Below are positions 19,476 through 29,747 of a stretch of 64,000 nt of DNA, one piece after another. A program made the translations under genes and the position numbers. Each line of letters starts with the position of its first letter. Within the stretch, counting starts at the first letter, position 1. The DNA is from Promethearchaeota archaeon (GTDB taxonomy: Archaea > Asgardarchaeota > Heimdallarchaeia > Hodarchaeales > Hodarchaeaceae): NCBI GenBank assembly GCA_048938105.1, contig JBHLMN010000019.1, positions 32,001 to 96,000 on the forward strand, written 5' to 3'. The notes under the pieces are model-generated. The model searched no databases, was not told the DNA's origin, and saw only the letters and a list, made by a program, of their open reading frames with translations.

Positions 19476-21656
19476 TTAAATAGTAGTTAAGTTATTTCTT
19501 GATCTTTGAGCTTTGTCCCGTTTTTTTAAAACTCTATAAGTTCTTTCAAGAAGAGTATAGATTTCATTGAGGAAGTTCCTATCCACTTTATCTGATAAAT
19601 GTGTTCCTTCAATGATTGCTAGGTCAAGAGCTTTTCTCAGGGGCAATTTTATTTGATGAGGAATTGGGGGTAGTTTTAACTTACGTATCGTATCAAATTC
19701 CTTGATTATTCGGTCTTGTTGTGATTTTGAAAATTTCAGAACATCAAGGAATAAAGGTTCTTTCATGTAATCAATTATTTGGAGTCTTCCATAAGAACCT
19801 CCAATTTCACGTCGGCTTAAGAGAAAAAGAACAATAAAAAAAGTCGAATTCAACCATGCGGCAAGCAACTTTGCTTGAATAAGAGAACAATTTCGTAGTA
19901 CATAAAAATTTTTAGAACAAGTTATTTTTGAATCCAAAAAATGTGCCATTACACTTGTTGTGGAGATCCCTGATTTATCGATGAAAAATAGATTACCAAA
20001 GGGCTTTTTGATTTTTATTTGGTTGTAAATATGAGAGATCCAGTCTGGCCCAAACTTTCTTTTTGCTGGAGAAGCAAACTGCTCTGAAATCATTAAATAG
20101 TCTTCTAACCATTTTGGAATTGTTTCATTGGATTTAGGTATAGATAATGCAAAATCTGATACTATAGGCGATATATATTGTGTATAGTTTCCTGGTTTTC
20201 TTAATGATCGGACTAAAAATTCTTTTGGGACAATAATGGTTTTTTCTTCTGATTTTAAAACAATCTCAACCTTTTTTTCAGAGATAATTTGCCATGTTCG
20301 ATTTGGAACAAAAAAAAAGTCTGGACCATACATTTCCACACCCCGTACAATATCCAAGTTTAAATTAACTCCATTTTTAAGAAAGTCTGATTGGAGAAAA
20401 AGGTCACGGATTCTTAGAAACTTAGGATCTTTTAAAAATATTGTCCAATTCCATTCTTTGATCAGTATTTCCTCTGGAATCATTAGATCGGAGGAAATAT
20501 TCCATTTAGATCCTTTAAATGGCTCTGAAATACGGATAAATTTGATTTTTCCTTTACTTCTTACTTTGTTATGTTTTGCAACTAGAAATATTTCTCGAAG
20601 GTTACTACCCTCAGAAAAAGATTTTTCATCCTCAGAAGCAGCAATGATTTTCAATTGATAATTATTCAATAATAATTCATGGACACCACTTGAATATTGG
20701 GAAAGAATAGTTGCAGCTGGTAAAACGGTTCCTAATACTCCATTCTCTTTGATTAACATATCAGCTAACAATATTGCATAAATATGAAGGCCTACTTGCC
20801 CATGTAAATATTTTTTATACTTTCTTTCGAGTTTTTGTAAATTACTTCTCTGATCACTACTTATACGGTGTGTACGTGTGAAAGGAGGATTCATTAATAT
20901 TAAATCATATGTTTCATTGTTTTTTGCTTGAGTGTCCTCATCTAAAGTAAAGAATTCAAATGCGTCACCAATAGATGCTTGTATTAAACTGTAATCCTGT
21001 TTTTTCTCCGATAATAAAAGAATAAGCCGACAATAAGCAATGAGAACAGCTGAACCCATTAGATCGTGTATTCTAATGTGTGGAAATCTACTTTTTGGTG
21101 TTAAATTTCTTAAATACGCTAAAACCAACCTTCCTGAACCACAGAAAGGATCTATGATTGCTGAAGGAGTTTTCAATTCCAATAATTCCACAAGAATTCT
21201 TGCTGAACTTTGGGTAGTATAATTGACAGCTAGCCTTTTTCGTTCAAGTAAGGGCAACGAATGTTGTAACATTGTCCCCAAAACATCATTAAATAAAGCT
21301 TCACGTAAATCTGGGAATTTTATTAATAGAAGTGAATCTAAAATATTTTTTTCATTTAAATTTGTAAAAAGGACATCAAGAAAACCCCAGAGAGAATTTG
21401 ATTGAGGATATTTGCTTTTTAACTCCTCAAGTATTTTAAAAATCTTAGTAATTGATTTGATAGGATTATTATGATTAAAAAATCGTAATAGCCATAATCC
21501 CCCTAATAATGATAGTAAAAACTCGTTTTGATTATGGATTAGTGCTGGTGGGTGGCTAAAATTAAAAATAGATTTACAATTCTCCATCCATTGATTAACT
21601 TTGATTGAACTCTCATTTTGTGTTGTGAATACTGAATTTCGAACTGGAGTTGTCAC
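19476..21656 (-). CDS. Gamma-class N6-adenine DNA methyltransferase (Eco57I/TaqI-like, no nuclease domain seen)
   Basis: NYTT, IIDPFCGSGRL, LILMNPPF, followed by a TRD with AWLNSTF. Confidence 0.85.
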   Translation of the reverse strand: MTTPVRNSVFTTQNESSIKVNQWMENCKSIFNFSHPPALIHNQNEFLLSLLGGLWLLRFFNHNNPIKSITKIFKILEELKSKYPQSNSLWGFLDVLFTNLNEKNILDSLLLIKFPDLREALFNDVLGTMLQHSLPLLERKRLAVNYTTQSSARILVELLELKTPSAIIDPFCGSGRLVLAYLRNLTPKSRFPHIRIHDLMGSAVLIAYCRLILLLSEKKQDYSLIQASIGDAFEFFTLDEDTQAKNNETYDLILMNPPFTRTHRISSDQRSNLQKLERKYKKYLHGQVGLHIYAILLADMLIKENGVLGTVLPAATILSQYSSGVHELLLNNYQLKIIAASEDEKSFSEGSNLREIFLVAKHNKVRSKGKIKFIRISEPFKGSKWNISSDLMIPEEILIKEWNWTIFLKDPKFLRIRDLFLQSDFLKNGVNLNLDIVRGVEMYGPDFFFVPNRTWQIISEKKVEIVLKSEEKTIIVPKEFLVRSLRKPGNYTQYISPIVSDFALSIPKSNETIPKWLEDYLMISEQFASPAKRKFGPDWISHIYNQIKIKKPFGNLFFIDKSGISTTSVMAHFLDSKITCSKNFYVLRNCSLIQAKLLAAWLNSTFFIVLFLLSRREIGGSYGRLQIIDYMKEPLFLDVLKFSKSQQDRIIKEFDTIRKLKLPPIPHQIKLPLRKALDLAIIEGTHLSDKVDRNFLNEIYTLLERTYRVLKKRDKAQRSRNNLTTI

Positions 21657-21729
21657 AAAATATCCCTTAATTAATACTCTTATAATTCTTGAGAAACATG
21701 ATCCAGAATCTTATTGTCTAAATCAGATA

Positions 21730-23514
21730 TCAACTCTTGAATAAGCGAGAAATCAGCTCATTGATTTTAGAAATCTTAGTTGTATCTTCATATTGCTCTT
21801 TTCGGATTTCTTGAACTAGAAGTTTGATTCTATTATGAATTTGACGTTCATCTGATGATTTCCAATTAATAAGACGAAAGGGGATGTTTTTTAATGGTTC
21901 TTCAGAAAATTCTGCAACTCCACCACGAATGAGGCCTTTATTTGTGATCCAATCAAAGATTTCCTTACTATTTAGAAAAGCAGTGATATATTCAGGTGAT
22001 TCTTTAACCCAATCAAATTTCACTAATACAGTAGCATCTTGTGTGGTATAAATTCCTTGTTCACAGAGAGCAAAGCGCACAAAGCCTCGCTTATCAAACC
22101 GATCTTTACAAGGAACACAGATTAATGCTTCAGCAGTTTTCATGAGATTATAGTTTCTAATGAATACCCATTCCCAATAAGGTATCTTTCTATTGTATTG
22201 ATATCGTCTTTCCAATATGTTTCGATAAGGTTTAAGCTGTTCAAACAATGATGGATAATCCTCTCTTAAGATATCTTCTGATGGAATATCTCCAGGTTTG
22301 ACAAGAAAATAGGTTGTTAAAAATTCAATATAAAATCTGTGAATAGCTTTTGCTTTAACTACAGGAATAACGAGTTTGTTTTCATTTTTAGTAAGTTTTA
22401 TATTTGAACTCAGTCGAAATGCTTTATCAAGACCACTAACCATACCATTTCCTATCTCTACTACATCACCAATTCTCACAAAACGTGGTGGAGGGGAAGA
22501 TGGAGTTTTTGAATCCTTAGTTAAGTATTCTGTCAACTGGGTCACTTTAGGAGCAATGAAATAAATTTTATTACCATATTGCACCTTTTTACAAGAAATT
22601 ACAGGATGATCTAACATTTTAAGATCATCTGCAGAGTAGAGATGGGATAATCGAGTTGTTTCTCCATTAATATTTAATTTTGGGGAAAATTGACAAGCCT
22701 GCTCAAAGCGCGTTAATTTTTCTTCCATATCACGAGGAAGAAACCACCATGGCGTCGAATTATAAGGCTGATGGGTCTCAAAAAACTCTAGATCTCCATC
22801 TTTTTGAGAGAAAGGTTCCCAAGATGATGATTCTAGAAGAAGCCAACGGATATGTTCAGGGACTTTTGGTTTCAATTTTCCTTTCTGCCAATAATTAATA
22901 ACCTTTAAGGGTTGATTTTGCTTAGATTTTCGGTATTTAAAGATAACGAGGTTAATGTTTGCTTTTGAGAAAATTTGCGTTTCATGAAGATTAAGAATGA
23001 TCTCTAGAGAGCCATTTTCTAATAAAAATCGTCTTAATGGTTCCGCATGTAGCGTCTGCATCCAGAAAATAGGCGTAATAAATATTAATTCTCCACCAGT
23101 GTTTAAGTGATCCACACTTTTAAAAATAAACGGTTGTAATATGTCAGTTAAGCCATTCATACGTTCTTGCCAGAATGACGCTGAGATAAAATATTCTCGT
23201 TGGACTAGAGAGAGATTTTTCCATCGAATATATGGAGGATTACCTATAACCACATCAAATTTCTCTGAGACTGGGAAGTCAAAAAAATTGAGGTTATAAA
23301 TTGGAATAGCTGATTTTTTAACTAGTGTTGGATCAATTTCTATTCCAGTAAGGTTCTTATAACCCATATTGGTTAATGTTTTGAGAAATATGCCTTTACC
23401 AGCACTAGGCTCAAGAATTTTTTTTGTTTTGGGACCTTTGGATATTAAATCAGCCATTAGTTGAGCAATATTAGCTGGTGTAAAATATTGACCCAAAGAC
23501 TTTTCTTTTGACAC
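21730..23514 (-). CDS. Gamma-class N6-adenine DNA methyltransferase with TaqI_C-like TRD
   Basis: LGQYFTP, ILEPSAGKG, GIEID, VVIGNPPY, AFLNS. Confidence 0.9.
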   Translation of the reverse strand: MSKEKSLGQYFTPANIAQLMADLISKGPKTKKILEPSAGKGIFLKTLTNMGYKNLTGIEIDPTLVKKSAIPIYNLNFFDFPVSEKFDVVIGNPPYIRWKNLSLVQREYFISASFWQERMNGLTDILQPFIFKSVDHLNTGGELIFITPIFWMQTLHAEPLRRFLLENGSLEIILNLHETQIFSKANINLVIFKYRKSKQNQPLKVINYWQKGKLKPKVPEHIRWLLLESSSWEPFSQKDGDLEFFETHQPYNSTPWWFLPRDMEEKLTRFEQACQFSPKLNINGETTRLSHLYSADDLKMLDHPVISCKKVQYGNKIYFIAPKVTQLTEYLTKDSKTPSSPPPRFVRIGDVVEIGNGMVSGLDKAFRLSSNIKLTKNENKLVIPVVKAKAIHRFYIEFLTTYFLVKPGDIPSEDILREDYPSLFEQLKPYRNILERRYQYNRKIPYWEWVFIRNYNLMKTAEALICVPCKDRFDKRGFVRFALCEQGIYTTQDATVLVKFDWVKESPEYITAFLNSKEIFDWITNKGLIRGGVAEFSEEPLKNIPFRLINWKSSDERQIHNRIKLLVQEIRKEQYEDTTKISKINELISRLFKS

Positions 23515-23538
23515 TACATAACCTCAGAGCATCAACAG

Positions 23539-24711
23539 TTATCTTCTGCTCTCATATTTCACTTTCGTTATTAAATCACATAGCTCAAGCAAATCTGAGT
23601 CTGGTGGAATGGTCTTCTTTTGTGCTCCTTCTGCAAGAGGAACTGTTTCAATGTTCTCTCCACGAAGACAAACCATCAATCCATAACGATCTTCTAGCGC
23701 TAGTTGTGTTGCATGAGTACCCAGTCGTAGTCCAAGAATACGATCAAAAGAGTTTGGTGTTCCCGCTCGCATTGTGTGACCAAGAACAACATCACGGACT
23801 TCAAATTCTGCATCATATTTCTGAAAGAAATTCACCAAATCTTTTCTGAGGCTTAACTCTTCAACAATGATTTTTGACATATTTAACTTTAAAAGTAATG
23901 GATTTCCAAAGTCATCTTTAGGAAGACTGTCAACTTTCCCTTGGGATATTGTTTTAAAGTCTTTTTGTAACGATTCCAAGGTAGGTACCGCTCCCTCGCT
24001 GCAAGCGATAATATGATATTTACATCCTGCTTTTACTCGTTCTCGTAATACATTTACGATATCTTTATCGAAATTAAATGGTCTTTCGGGGATTAAAATA
24101 ATGTCTGCACCACTAGAAATACCACTGATCAATGTTAACCACCCTGCATCACGCCCCATAACCTGGACGACAAAAATTCGCTGATGAGATCGAGCAGTCG
24201 TTGTTATATTATCCATTGTGTTTGAAGCTAGCTGGATGGCCGACCAAAATCCAAAAGTATAATCTGTACTCGAAAGATCATTGTCTATTGTCTTTGGTAC
24301 ACCTATTACTTTTGCTTCTGCGTATCGATGCATTGCTTCAGCAACACCAAGAGTGTCATCACCACCAATTGCGATTAATGCATCAATTCCTAAAACATCA
24401 AACTGAGAAGTCATCTTTTTTGCTGTTTCTTCAATCAACTTCTGTTTTTTAGCTGGATCCTTGATTTTTTTGGCGTCTTTATAAGGATTAGTTCGTGAAG
24501 TGTAGAGTATAGTGCCTCCAATGGTGTGTAAGTCATCTAACTTGGATATATCTAATTCTCTAGTATTATTTTCTAGAAGTCCCTTCCATCCTTTCTCGAT
24601 ACCAACAACTGTAATTCCAGCATTTATAGCTTTCAGAAGTACTCCGTATAATACGCTATTTAAGCCTGGGCAATCTCCACCACCAGTCAAAACACCAATA
24701 GTTTTTATCAT
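23539..24711 (-). CDS. pfkA: PfkA-family 6-phosphofructokinase, probably PPi-dependent
   Basis: GGGDCPGLN, GGTIL.TSR, GGDDT, PKTIDND, MGRDAGW, LGHTMRAG. Confidence 0.92.
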   Translation of the reverse strand: MIKTIGVLTGGGDCPGLNSVLYGVLLKAINAGITVVGIEKGWKGLLENNTRELDISKLDDLHTIGGTILYTSRTNPYKDAKKIKDPAKKQKLIEETAKKMTSQFDVLGIDALIAIGGDDTLGVAEAMHRYAEAKVIGVPKTIDNDLSSTDYTFGFWSAIQLASNTMDNITTTARSHQRIFVVQVMGRDAGWLTLISGISSGADIILIPERPFNFDKDIVNVLRERVKAGCKYHIIACSEGAVPTLESLQKDFKTISQGKVDSLPKDDFGNPLLLKLNMSKIIVEELSLRKDLVNFFQKYDAEFEVRDVVLGHTMRAGTPNSFDRILGLRLGTHATQLALEDRYGLMVCLRGENIETVPLAEGAQKKTIPPDSDLLELCDLITKVKYESRR

Positions 24712-24863
24712 TGTCTTTCACCAGAGATAAATCATTACTATTCTGAATGAAGAAAATTCAATATCCTCCCACAATATTAGTATAAAAAAGAGAATTTTTC
24801 ACCTTGGTTTGAACAGTAAAAGGAGATCACATTCTCTTTTATACTTGAGTTTTTAGAGGTTAA

Positions 24864-25724
24864 TTAGCGTAACTTGCCATAACAATGTGGACAGAAAAAT
24901 GCTGAAGCTGGAACTGGTTTCCCACAGAACTTACAGGTTTGTTCAGCTCCTCCTGCAGGGGCAGCTTTTTTGACGACCTTCTTAACTTTCTTTGGAGCTG
25001 CTGTGGTAGACTTTATTGCCATCTTAGGTTGCTTGGCAGCGCCACCACCCCATTGTAAAGTTGGTTCCCAACCTCCTGGAGCGGCTCTTGCTTTAGGAAC
25101 TTGTGGTCCCCGACCCGTAACAAAGCCCACAACTGTCAGGATTAATCCAACGATGGTGAGAATGATAGGGAAAATCTGGGCAAAAAGTGTGTATGAAATA
25201 TCTACTCGGCTAGTAATAAGCTGAATTTGAGAAGGTTCTTGGTTTACAATTCTAACTTTAAGAATAAATCCCTGGGAATGTTCAGCATTAAGACTAGTAT
25301 AGATTGTAGTCAATTTCTGTTCATCTGCGTCACCACGAATGGTTTTGCCAGTTTTAGGAATTTCAGTTTGACCATGATTTTCATCTTCATGAATGAGCTT
25401 TACATCACACTCCCAATCTTCATCAGATCTAAGATAAAATGAAGCTTTTACTTGAACTCCCATAATGGGTAGGGGAGTTCTTGGTACATCTGTTACTAGA
25501 GCAATTTCTGCATCATCATTTCCATTAATATATAAATTTGCTTCTCTTCGATCTTGACTTCCTGTTGTCACATAAAATGGATAAAGAGATATTCCAATGA
25601 CTGGGAATAACAATGAAAATAACACAAATAAAAAGCCACCTAGTATTAAAACTGCTATTCCTGCTACCATAAGTTTCGATACCATCTTACTCACTCTTTT
25701 TTTTCCTTGAACAAGACTCGACAT
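24864..25724 (-). CDS. Two-TM membrane protein with C-terminal zinc ribbon
   Basis: Two hydrophobic helices flanking a beta-rich domain, Lys/Ala/Pro linker, CKFCG...FCPHC. Confidence 0.7.
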   Translation of the reverse strand: MSSLVQGKKRVSKMVSKLMVAGIAVLILGGFLFVLFSLLFPVIGISLYPFYVTTGSQDRREANLYINGNDDAEIALVTDVPRTPLPIMGVQVKASFYLRSDEDWECDVKLIHEDENHGQTEIPKTGKTIRGDADEQKLTTIYTSLNAEHSQGFILKVRIVNQEPSQIQLITSRVDISYTLFAQIFPIILTIVGLILTVVGFVTGRGPQVPKARAAPGGWEPTLQWGGGAAKQPKMAIKSTTAAPKKVKKVVKKAAPAGGAEQTCKFCGKPVPASAFFCPHCYGKLR

Positions 25725-25854
25725 TCATGGATTAAATTTAATATATAAACAAGACTCCGCGCATGTCTTAATAAACTTTCGAATGTTGATAGATTGAAAT
25801 AATTAGTATTATATTTGGTATAGTAACATCCAGATATGAATACAACTTGAACAG

Positions 25855-26037
25855 GTGTTACTAATTATAGAGATAAACCGTCAGCAATGTATGGGTTGCG
25901 CATATTGTTCACTAATATGCCCTGTTGCTAGTTTTAAAGTATTTGGTGTCTCTCATTTTATGCAGAAATGCATTAAGTGTGGTTTATGTGTAATGTATTG
26001 CCCTGTTTCAGCAATAATCCCGTTATGGGAGGAATAA
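25855..26037 (+). CDS. 2[4Fe-4S] ferredoxin
   Basis: CMGCAYCSLICP and CIKCGLCVMYCP. Confidence 0.88.
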   Translation: MLLIIEINRQQCMGCAYCSLICPVASFKVFGVSHFMQKCIKCGLCVMYCPVSAIIPLWEE

Positions 26038-26040
26038 AGG

Positions 26041-27330
26041 ATAACAGAAACATATGACCAGTTCATTGCAGGTGGAGGATTAGGAGGATTACTATCGGCG
26101 GCACTTTTGGCACAGGGAGGGCGGAAATGCTTCCTAGTCGAGAAAATGCCTTTTTTTGGTGGAAGATTTACTTCGATTAAGTATCATGAGTTTGAGATCC
26201 CAACAGGAGCCGTTCATATGATACCACATTCTCGTAATGGGCCTTTGGGCCAAATGCTCCTGAAGGATTTGAATCTTTCACTTGAAATCATTGATAATGA
26301 AAATTTCACAGCATGGTATTGGGCTCATCGTAAACCAATTGTACATCGGAATTTTTGGGGGATTTTTAAAGCGTTTCCGAAAATGAATCAACGATTACAT
26401 ATATTTCGTAAGTTATTTTTAAGTGCACGTCATTCTGAACGTCATACTGAATCCTTTCACGAGTATTTGGAGGCTTGTACTGAAGATCCACAAATTTTTC
26501 AGTTTTTTAACGCTCTTACTGGCTTTGCTTTAAGTATAGATATCTCTCAATTATCAACTGCTACAATGTTTCGAGTGTTTAGGCGATTACAGCAAAAAGG
26601 GCGCCCAGGAGTACCTATGGGTGGTTGTAAAGCTGTTACTACCGCGCTGATAGATTATATTCGGGGAAAGGGTTCAACTCTCAAGAAAAATTGTCAATTG
26701 ATTAAGTTAGAAATGAATGACTCTCTAGTAGAATCAGCGATTTACCAGAATCGAAAAACCAATGAGGAATTCAGTATTCGAGCAAATCAATTCATCCTCA
26801 ACTTGGGGCATCCTCAAATAAATGAAGTATTAACCAATAGTAATTTACCTTATCGTTTACCCCATGTTCCAACCGCTCGAGGGGGGGGGTTTGCTTATCG
26901 ATCCAAAGAATCAATTCTAGGAACTTCTGTTGTGGCACAGTTTCCTGAGAATGAATATGTAAAAGGAGCAGTAGAACCTACAACATTATCACCCAATCTT
27001 GCGCCTTCTGGTGAACACTTACTACTGACTCATCAAGTATTCTATACCAATGATATCGTCCGTGACACTCGTCGAGCACGAGATGAGCTTTTAGAGACGT
27101 TTCCCCAACTAAAAGAAGAAGATGAATTGTGTATACATACATTTTACAAAGATTGGCCAGTGAACTACGCTTGTCAGGGAAGTGACCTTTCTAATTACTC
27201 GTCCGTAATCCCCAACCTTTTCTTTGTTGGAGATGGTTTCAAAGGTAATGATGGTTGGATGATGACTGAAGGGGTTGCTCACGGTGTGAAGCAAGTGGTT
27301 GATAAAATCAATGAATACGGATCTAATTAA
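26041..27330 (+). CDS. FAD-dependent oxidoreductase (phytoene-desaturase-like); start extended from 26107 to ATA 26041
   Basis: In-frame upstream sequence encodes ITETYDQFIAGGGLGGLLSAALLA (Rossmann GxGxxG). Also VEK...GGRF, PTGAVH, NLFFVGDG; GGAGG 8 nt before the ATA. Confidence 0.85.
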   Translation: MTETYDQFIAGGGLGGLLSAALLAQGGRKCFLVEKMPFFGGRFTSIKYHEFEIPTGAVHMIPHSRNGPLGQMLLKDLNLSLEIIDNENFTAWYWAHRKPIVHRNFWGIFKAFPKMNQRLHIFRKLFLSARHSERHTESFHEYLEACTEDPQIFQFFNALTGFALSIDISQLSTATMFRVFRRLQQKGRPGVPMGGCKAVTTALIDYIRGKGSTLKKNCQLIKLEMNDSLVESAIYQNRKTNEEFSIRANQFILNLGHPQINEVLTNSNLPYRLPHVPTARGGGFAYRSKESILGTSVVAQFPENEYVKGAVEPTTLSPNLAPSGEHLLLTHQVFYTNDIVRDTRRARDELLETFPQLKEEDELCIHTFYKDWPVNYACQGSDLSNYSSVIPNLFFVGDGFKGNDGWMMTEGVAHGVKQVVDKINEYGSN

Positions 27331-27518
27331 ATTTTATAAGACAGTTACAATTTTTACAATCTTTTCATAATGTAGAAAGATATTTATGGTTAAATGAATC
27401 TAGATTTGGAATTATGTTATTGATGAGATGTCAGTCAAAAAACATTAAATCAAAAGAAATTATTTTTATAGCGAAAGAAAGATCACTCTTACAATCTAAG
27501 TCGTATCGGGGTTTGTAA

Positions 27519-28802
27519 ATGAAATTCCAACTCAAGAAACTATTGCTTGTATTTGCACTGCTTTTCTGCTTTATACCAATTAACTCTGCAATCATACCTC
27601 CTAATCAAGGAACAGCAAGTAGTAACCAATCAATTCAAAAAATTGCTGTAATCTTGGATTCTTCTGAGTTCTATGATTCTTACTTTATAGAGGATGTCTT
27701 AAATGGATTTGATCTAGTCAATCAAACTTACAATATTGATTACGATGATTTTCAGCTTACTAAGTACACCTCTCCCTCAACAGATGGAGATGAGACAATA
27801 AATCGATATCCATATCACGCTACCTATTATTACAATAATAGCGCTACTAACCATACAGAATTGGCAGTCAAGCTTATAGAGACGGGAGAATATAATATGA
27901 TTGTTTTTATGGGTTATGAGTTAAGACGTGAGAAGAAAGAAAATTACCTCCCAGCTCGCTATCCTGATACAAAATTTCTTTATTATGATTTGTCTGGTGA
28001 TCTCCCTTCTCACCCAGGAGACAAACTAGGGTCTAATGTTGCAGTTGTAAGTTTCAATGAGAGTCATGTCGGATTTATTGCGGGAACTCTAGCAGCAGAA
28101 GCAATATCTCCTCTACCACGAAAAGTTGCTATGATCGGTACCTATCGAAATAGTGTAGGAATAGAATTAGATGATCCTAAAAGTCTACCACCAGACCCTC
28201 GCTCGTGGCAACTTATTACAGGGTTCCAAAGTGGTTTTTTACGTAAATCTATTGATGTAGAATTTCAGATATCCTTTGTAGATTATTACTGGGGAAGTTG
28301 GACTAATAGTGCTAAAGCAGCAGCAAAGGCTAGTGAGCTAAATGATCAAGGTTTTGAATTAGTTTTCTCAGCACTACAAAATAACAACACTTTAGGAGTA
28401 ATTGATGGATTTACAGGATCAGTTGTTGCTGTGGATTCTGATCGAACATTTATTGGTAAAGTTGAACCAGTCTTAAGTGTAGCAAAAAATAATACAAAAA
28501 CAATTTTAACGATGTTTGAGGCATTTAATCAGAGTCAGAAAGGATTTCTTGCAGGAGCTTTCTCCTTCGGGCTAGCTGATAACATCTTTTATCCAAGTAG
28601 CTGGGAAAGTGAAGATTTTGATAAGAAAGCCATCAGTAATATAATGGGAGAAATTTACACTGATGTAGTGATAAGTAAAATCCAGATTCCCTCAAGTATT
28701 AAACATGCAGAGAACACCCCTGGTTTCGAAATAATGACAATTTCAGGATTGGTATTATTTTTATCAACTGCAAGATACAATCGAAAGAAGAGAAAAAGGT
28801 GA
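27519..28802 (+). CDS. BMP-family (nucleoside-binding) solute-binding protein with PGF-CTERM-like anchor
   Basis: Signal peptide; FNESHVGFIAGTLAA, GFQSG, VAVDSD; C-terminal TPGF + hydrophobic stretch + RKKRKR. Confidence 0.75.
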   Translation: MKFQLKKLLLVFALLFCFIPINSAIIPPNQGTASSNQSIQKIAVILDSSEFYDSYFIEDVLNGFDLVNQTYNIDYDDFQLTKYTSPSTDGDETINRYPYHATYYYNNSATNHTELAVKLIETGEYNMIVFMGYELRREKKENYLPARYPDTKFLYYDLSGDLPSHPGDKLGSNVAVVSFNESHVGFIAGTLAAEAISPLPRKVAMIGTYRNSVGIELDDPKSLPPDPRSWQLITGFQSGFLRKSIDVEFQISFVDYYWGSWTNSAKAAAKASELNDQGFELVFSALQNNNTLGVIDGFTGSVVAVDSDRTFIGKVEPVLSVAKNNTKTILTMFEAFNQSQKGFLAGAFSFGLADNIFYPSSWESEDFDKKAISNIMGEIYTDVVISKIQIPSSIKHAENTPGFEIMTISGLVLFLSTARYNRKKRKR

Positions 28803-28811
28803 ATATTAGGT

Positions 28812-29627
28812 TTGGGTATTGAGCCCTCTTCAAAAGCTAGTATCGCTATCATTGGAGGATCTGGGTTTTATGACTTTTTAGAAAACCCATCAAAACTTTC
28901 CGTTGATACCCCTTTTGATTCTAAACCAGTTGTTATTTACCGTCAAGAACAGGAAGAAAATATCATCTTTTTTTTACCTCGTCATGGAGGGAACCATTCC
29001 ATTCCTCCCCATCGAATAAATTTTAAGGCGAATATGTATGCTCTCCACTCATTAGCTATTCCTCGGGTTATTGCGACGAGTGCTGTTGGTAGCCTCCATA
29101 CATCTATAAAACCTGGGGATTATGTACTTCTAGATCAATTTATTGATTTAGTCAGGCCATTAACTTTTTTTAATGGAGATTTCAGTGTTAAGTTTCCACA
29201 AGGAACTATAATCTCTGGAGTTGTCCATTTGGACATGACTGAACCATATTGTCCTGAAATACGTAAAATTCTGTCAGTTATTCTCGAAAATGATCTAAAT
29301 ACACATATTAAAGGAACATATGCTACAACAATGGGGCCTCGTTTCGAAACACCTGCAGAAATTAAAGCATTACAACACATGGGAGCTGATGTCGTCGGAA
29401 TGACAAATTCTTCTGAAGCTATCCTCTGTCGAGAACTTGGTATCTGCTATGCGGTTATAGCAGTAGTTACAAATATGGCTGCAGGTCTTCAGAAAGTAGT
29501 GACTCACAACGAAGTTCTAGATATTTTCAAATCCAGATCAGCTAATCTTAAAAAGATTTTTTATAAGGCAATAGCACAGATGCCAAAGCAAAGAGGTTGT
29601 TCTTGCTCCTGGTATGCTGAGAGATAA
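28812..29627 (+). CDS. mtnP: Methylthioadenosine/purine nucleoside phosphorylase
   Basis: IIGGSGFY, PRHG..H..PPH.INFKAN, GPRFETPAE, DVVGMT, VTNMAAG. Confidence 0.92.
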   Translation: MGIEPSSKASIAIIGGSGFYDFLENPSKLSVDTPFDSKPVVIYRQEQEENIIFFLPRHGGNHSIPPHRINFKANMYALHSLAIPRVIATSAVGSLHTSIKPGDYVLLDQFIDLVRPLTFFNGDFSVKFPQGTIISGVVHLDMTEPYCPEIRKILSVILENDLNTHIKGTYATTMGPRFETPAEIKALQHMGADVVGMTNSSEAILCRELGICYAVIAVVTNMAAGLQKVVTHNEVLDIFKSRSANLKKIFYKAIAQMPKQRGCSCSWYAER

Positions 29628-29747
29628 TTAGAATATATTTGCATTTTATTTTTAAGTAAGCCAAGCCCGTCAATTTTTTTCTTTATATTTTTCTGTGGAA
29701 AATTTCCTTTATATGGATTTAACAACTTCCAATAGATTCTAGCTATA

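Noticed and set aside
19476-21656. Type IIG restriction-modification fusion
   Set aside because: The N-terminal region before the MTase is short and shows no PD-(D/E)xK motif.
4503-26037. Stop-codon reassignment suggested by two in-frame TAA codons
   Set aside because: TAA terminates many bona fide genes in this window, so the code looks standard.
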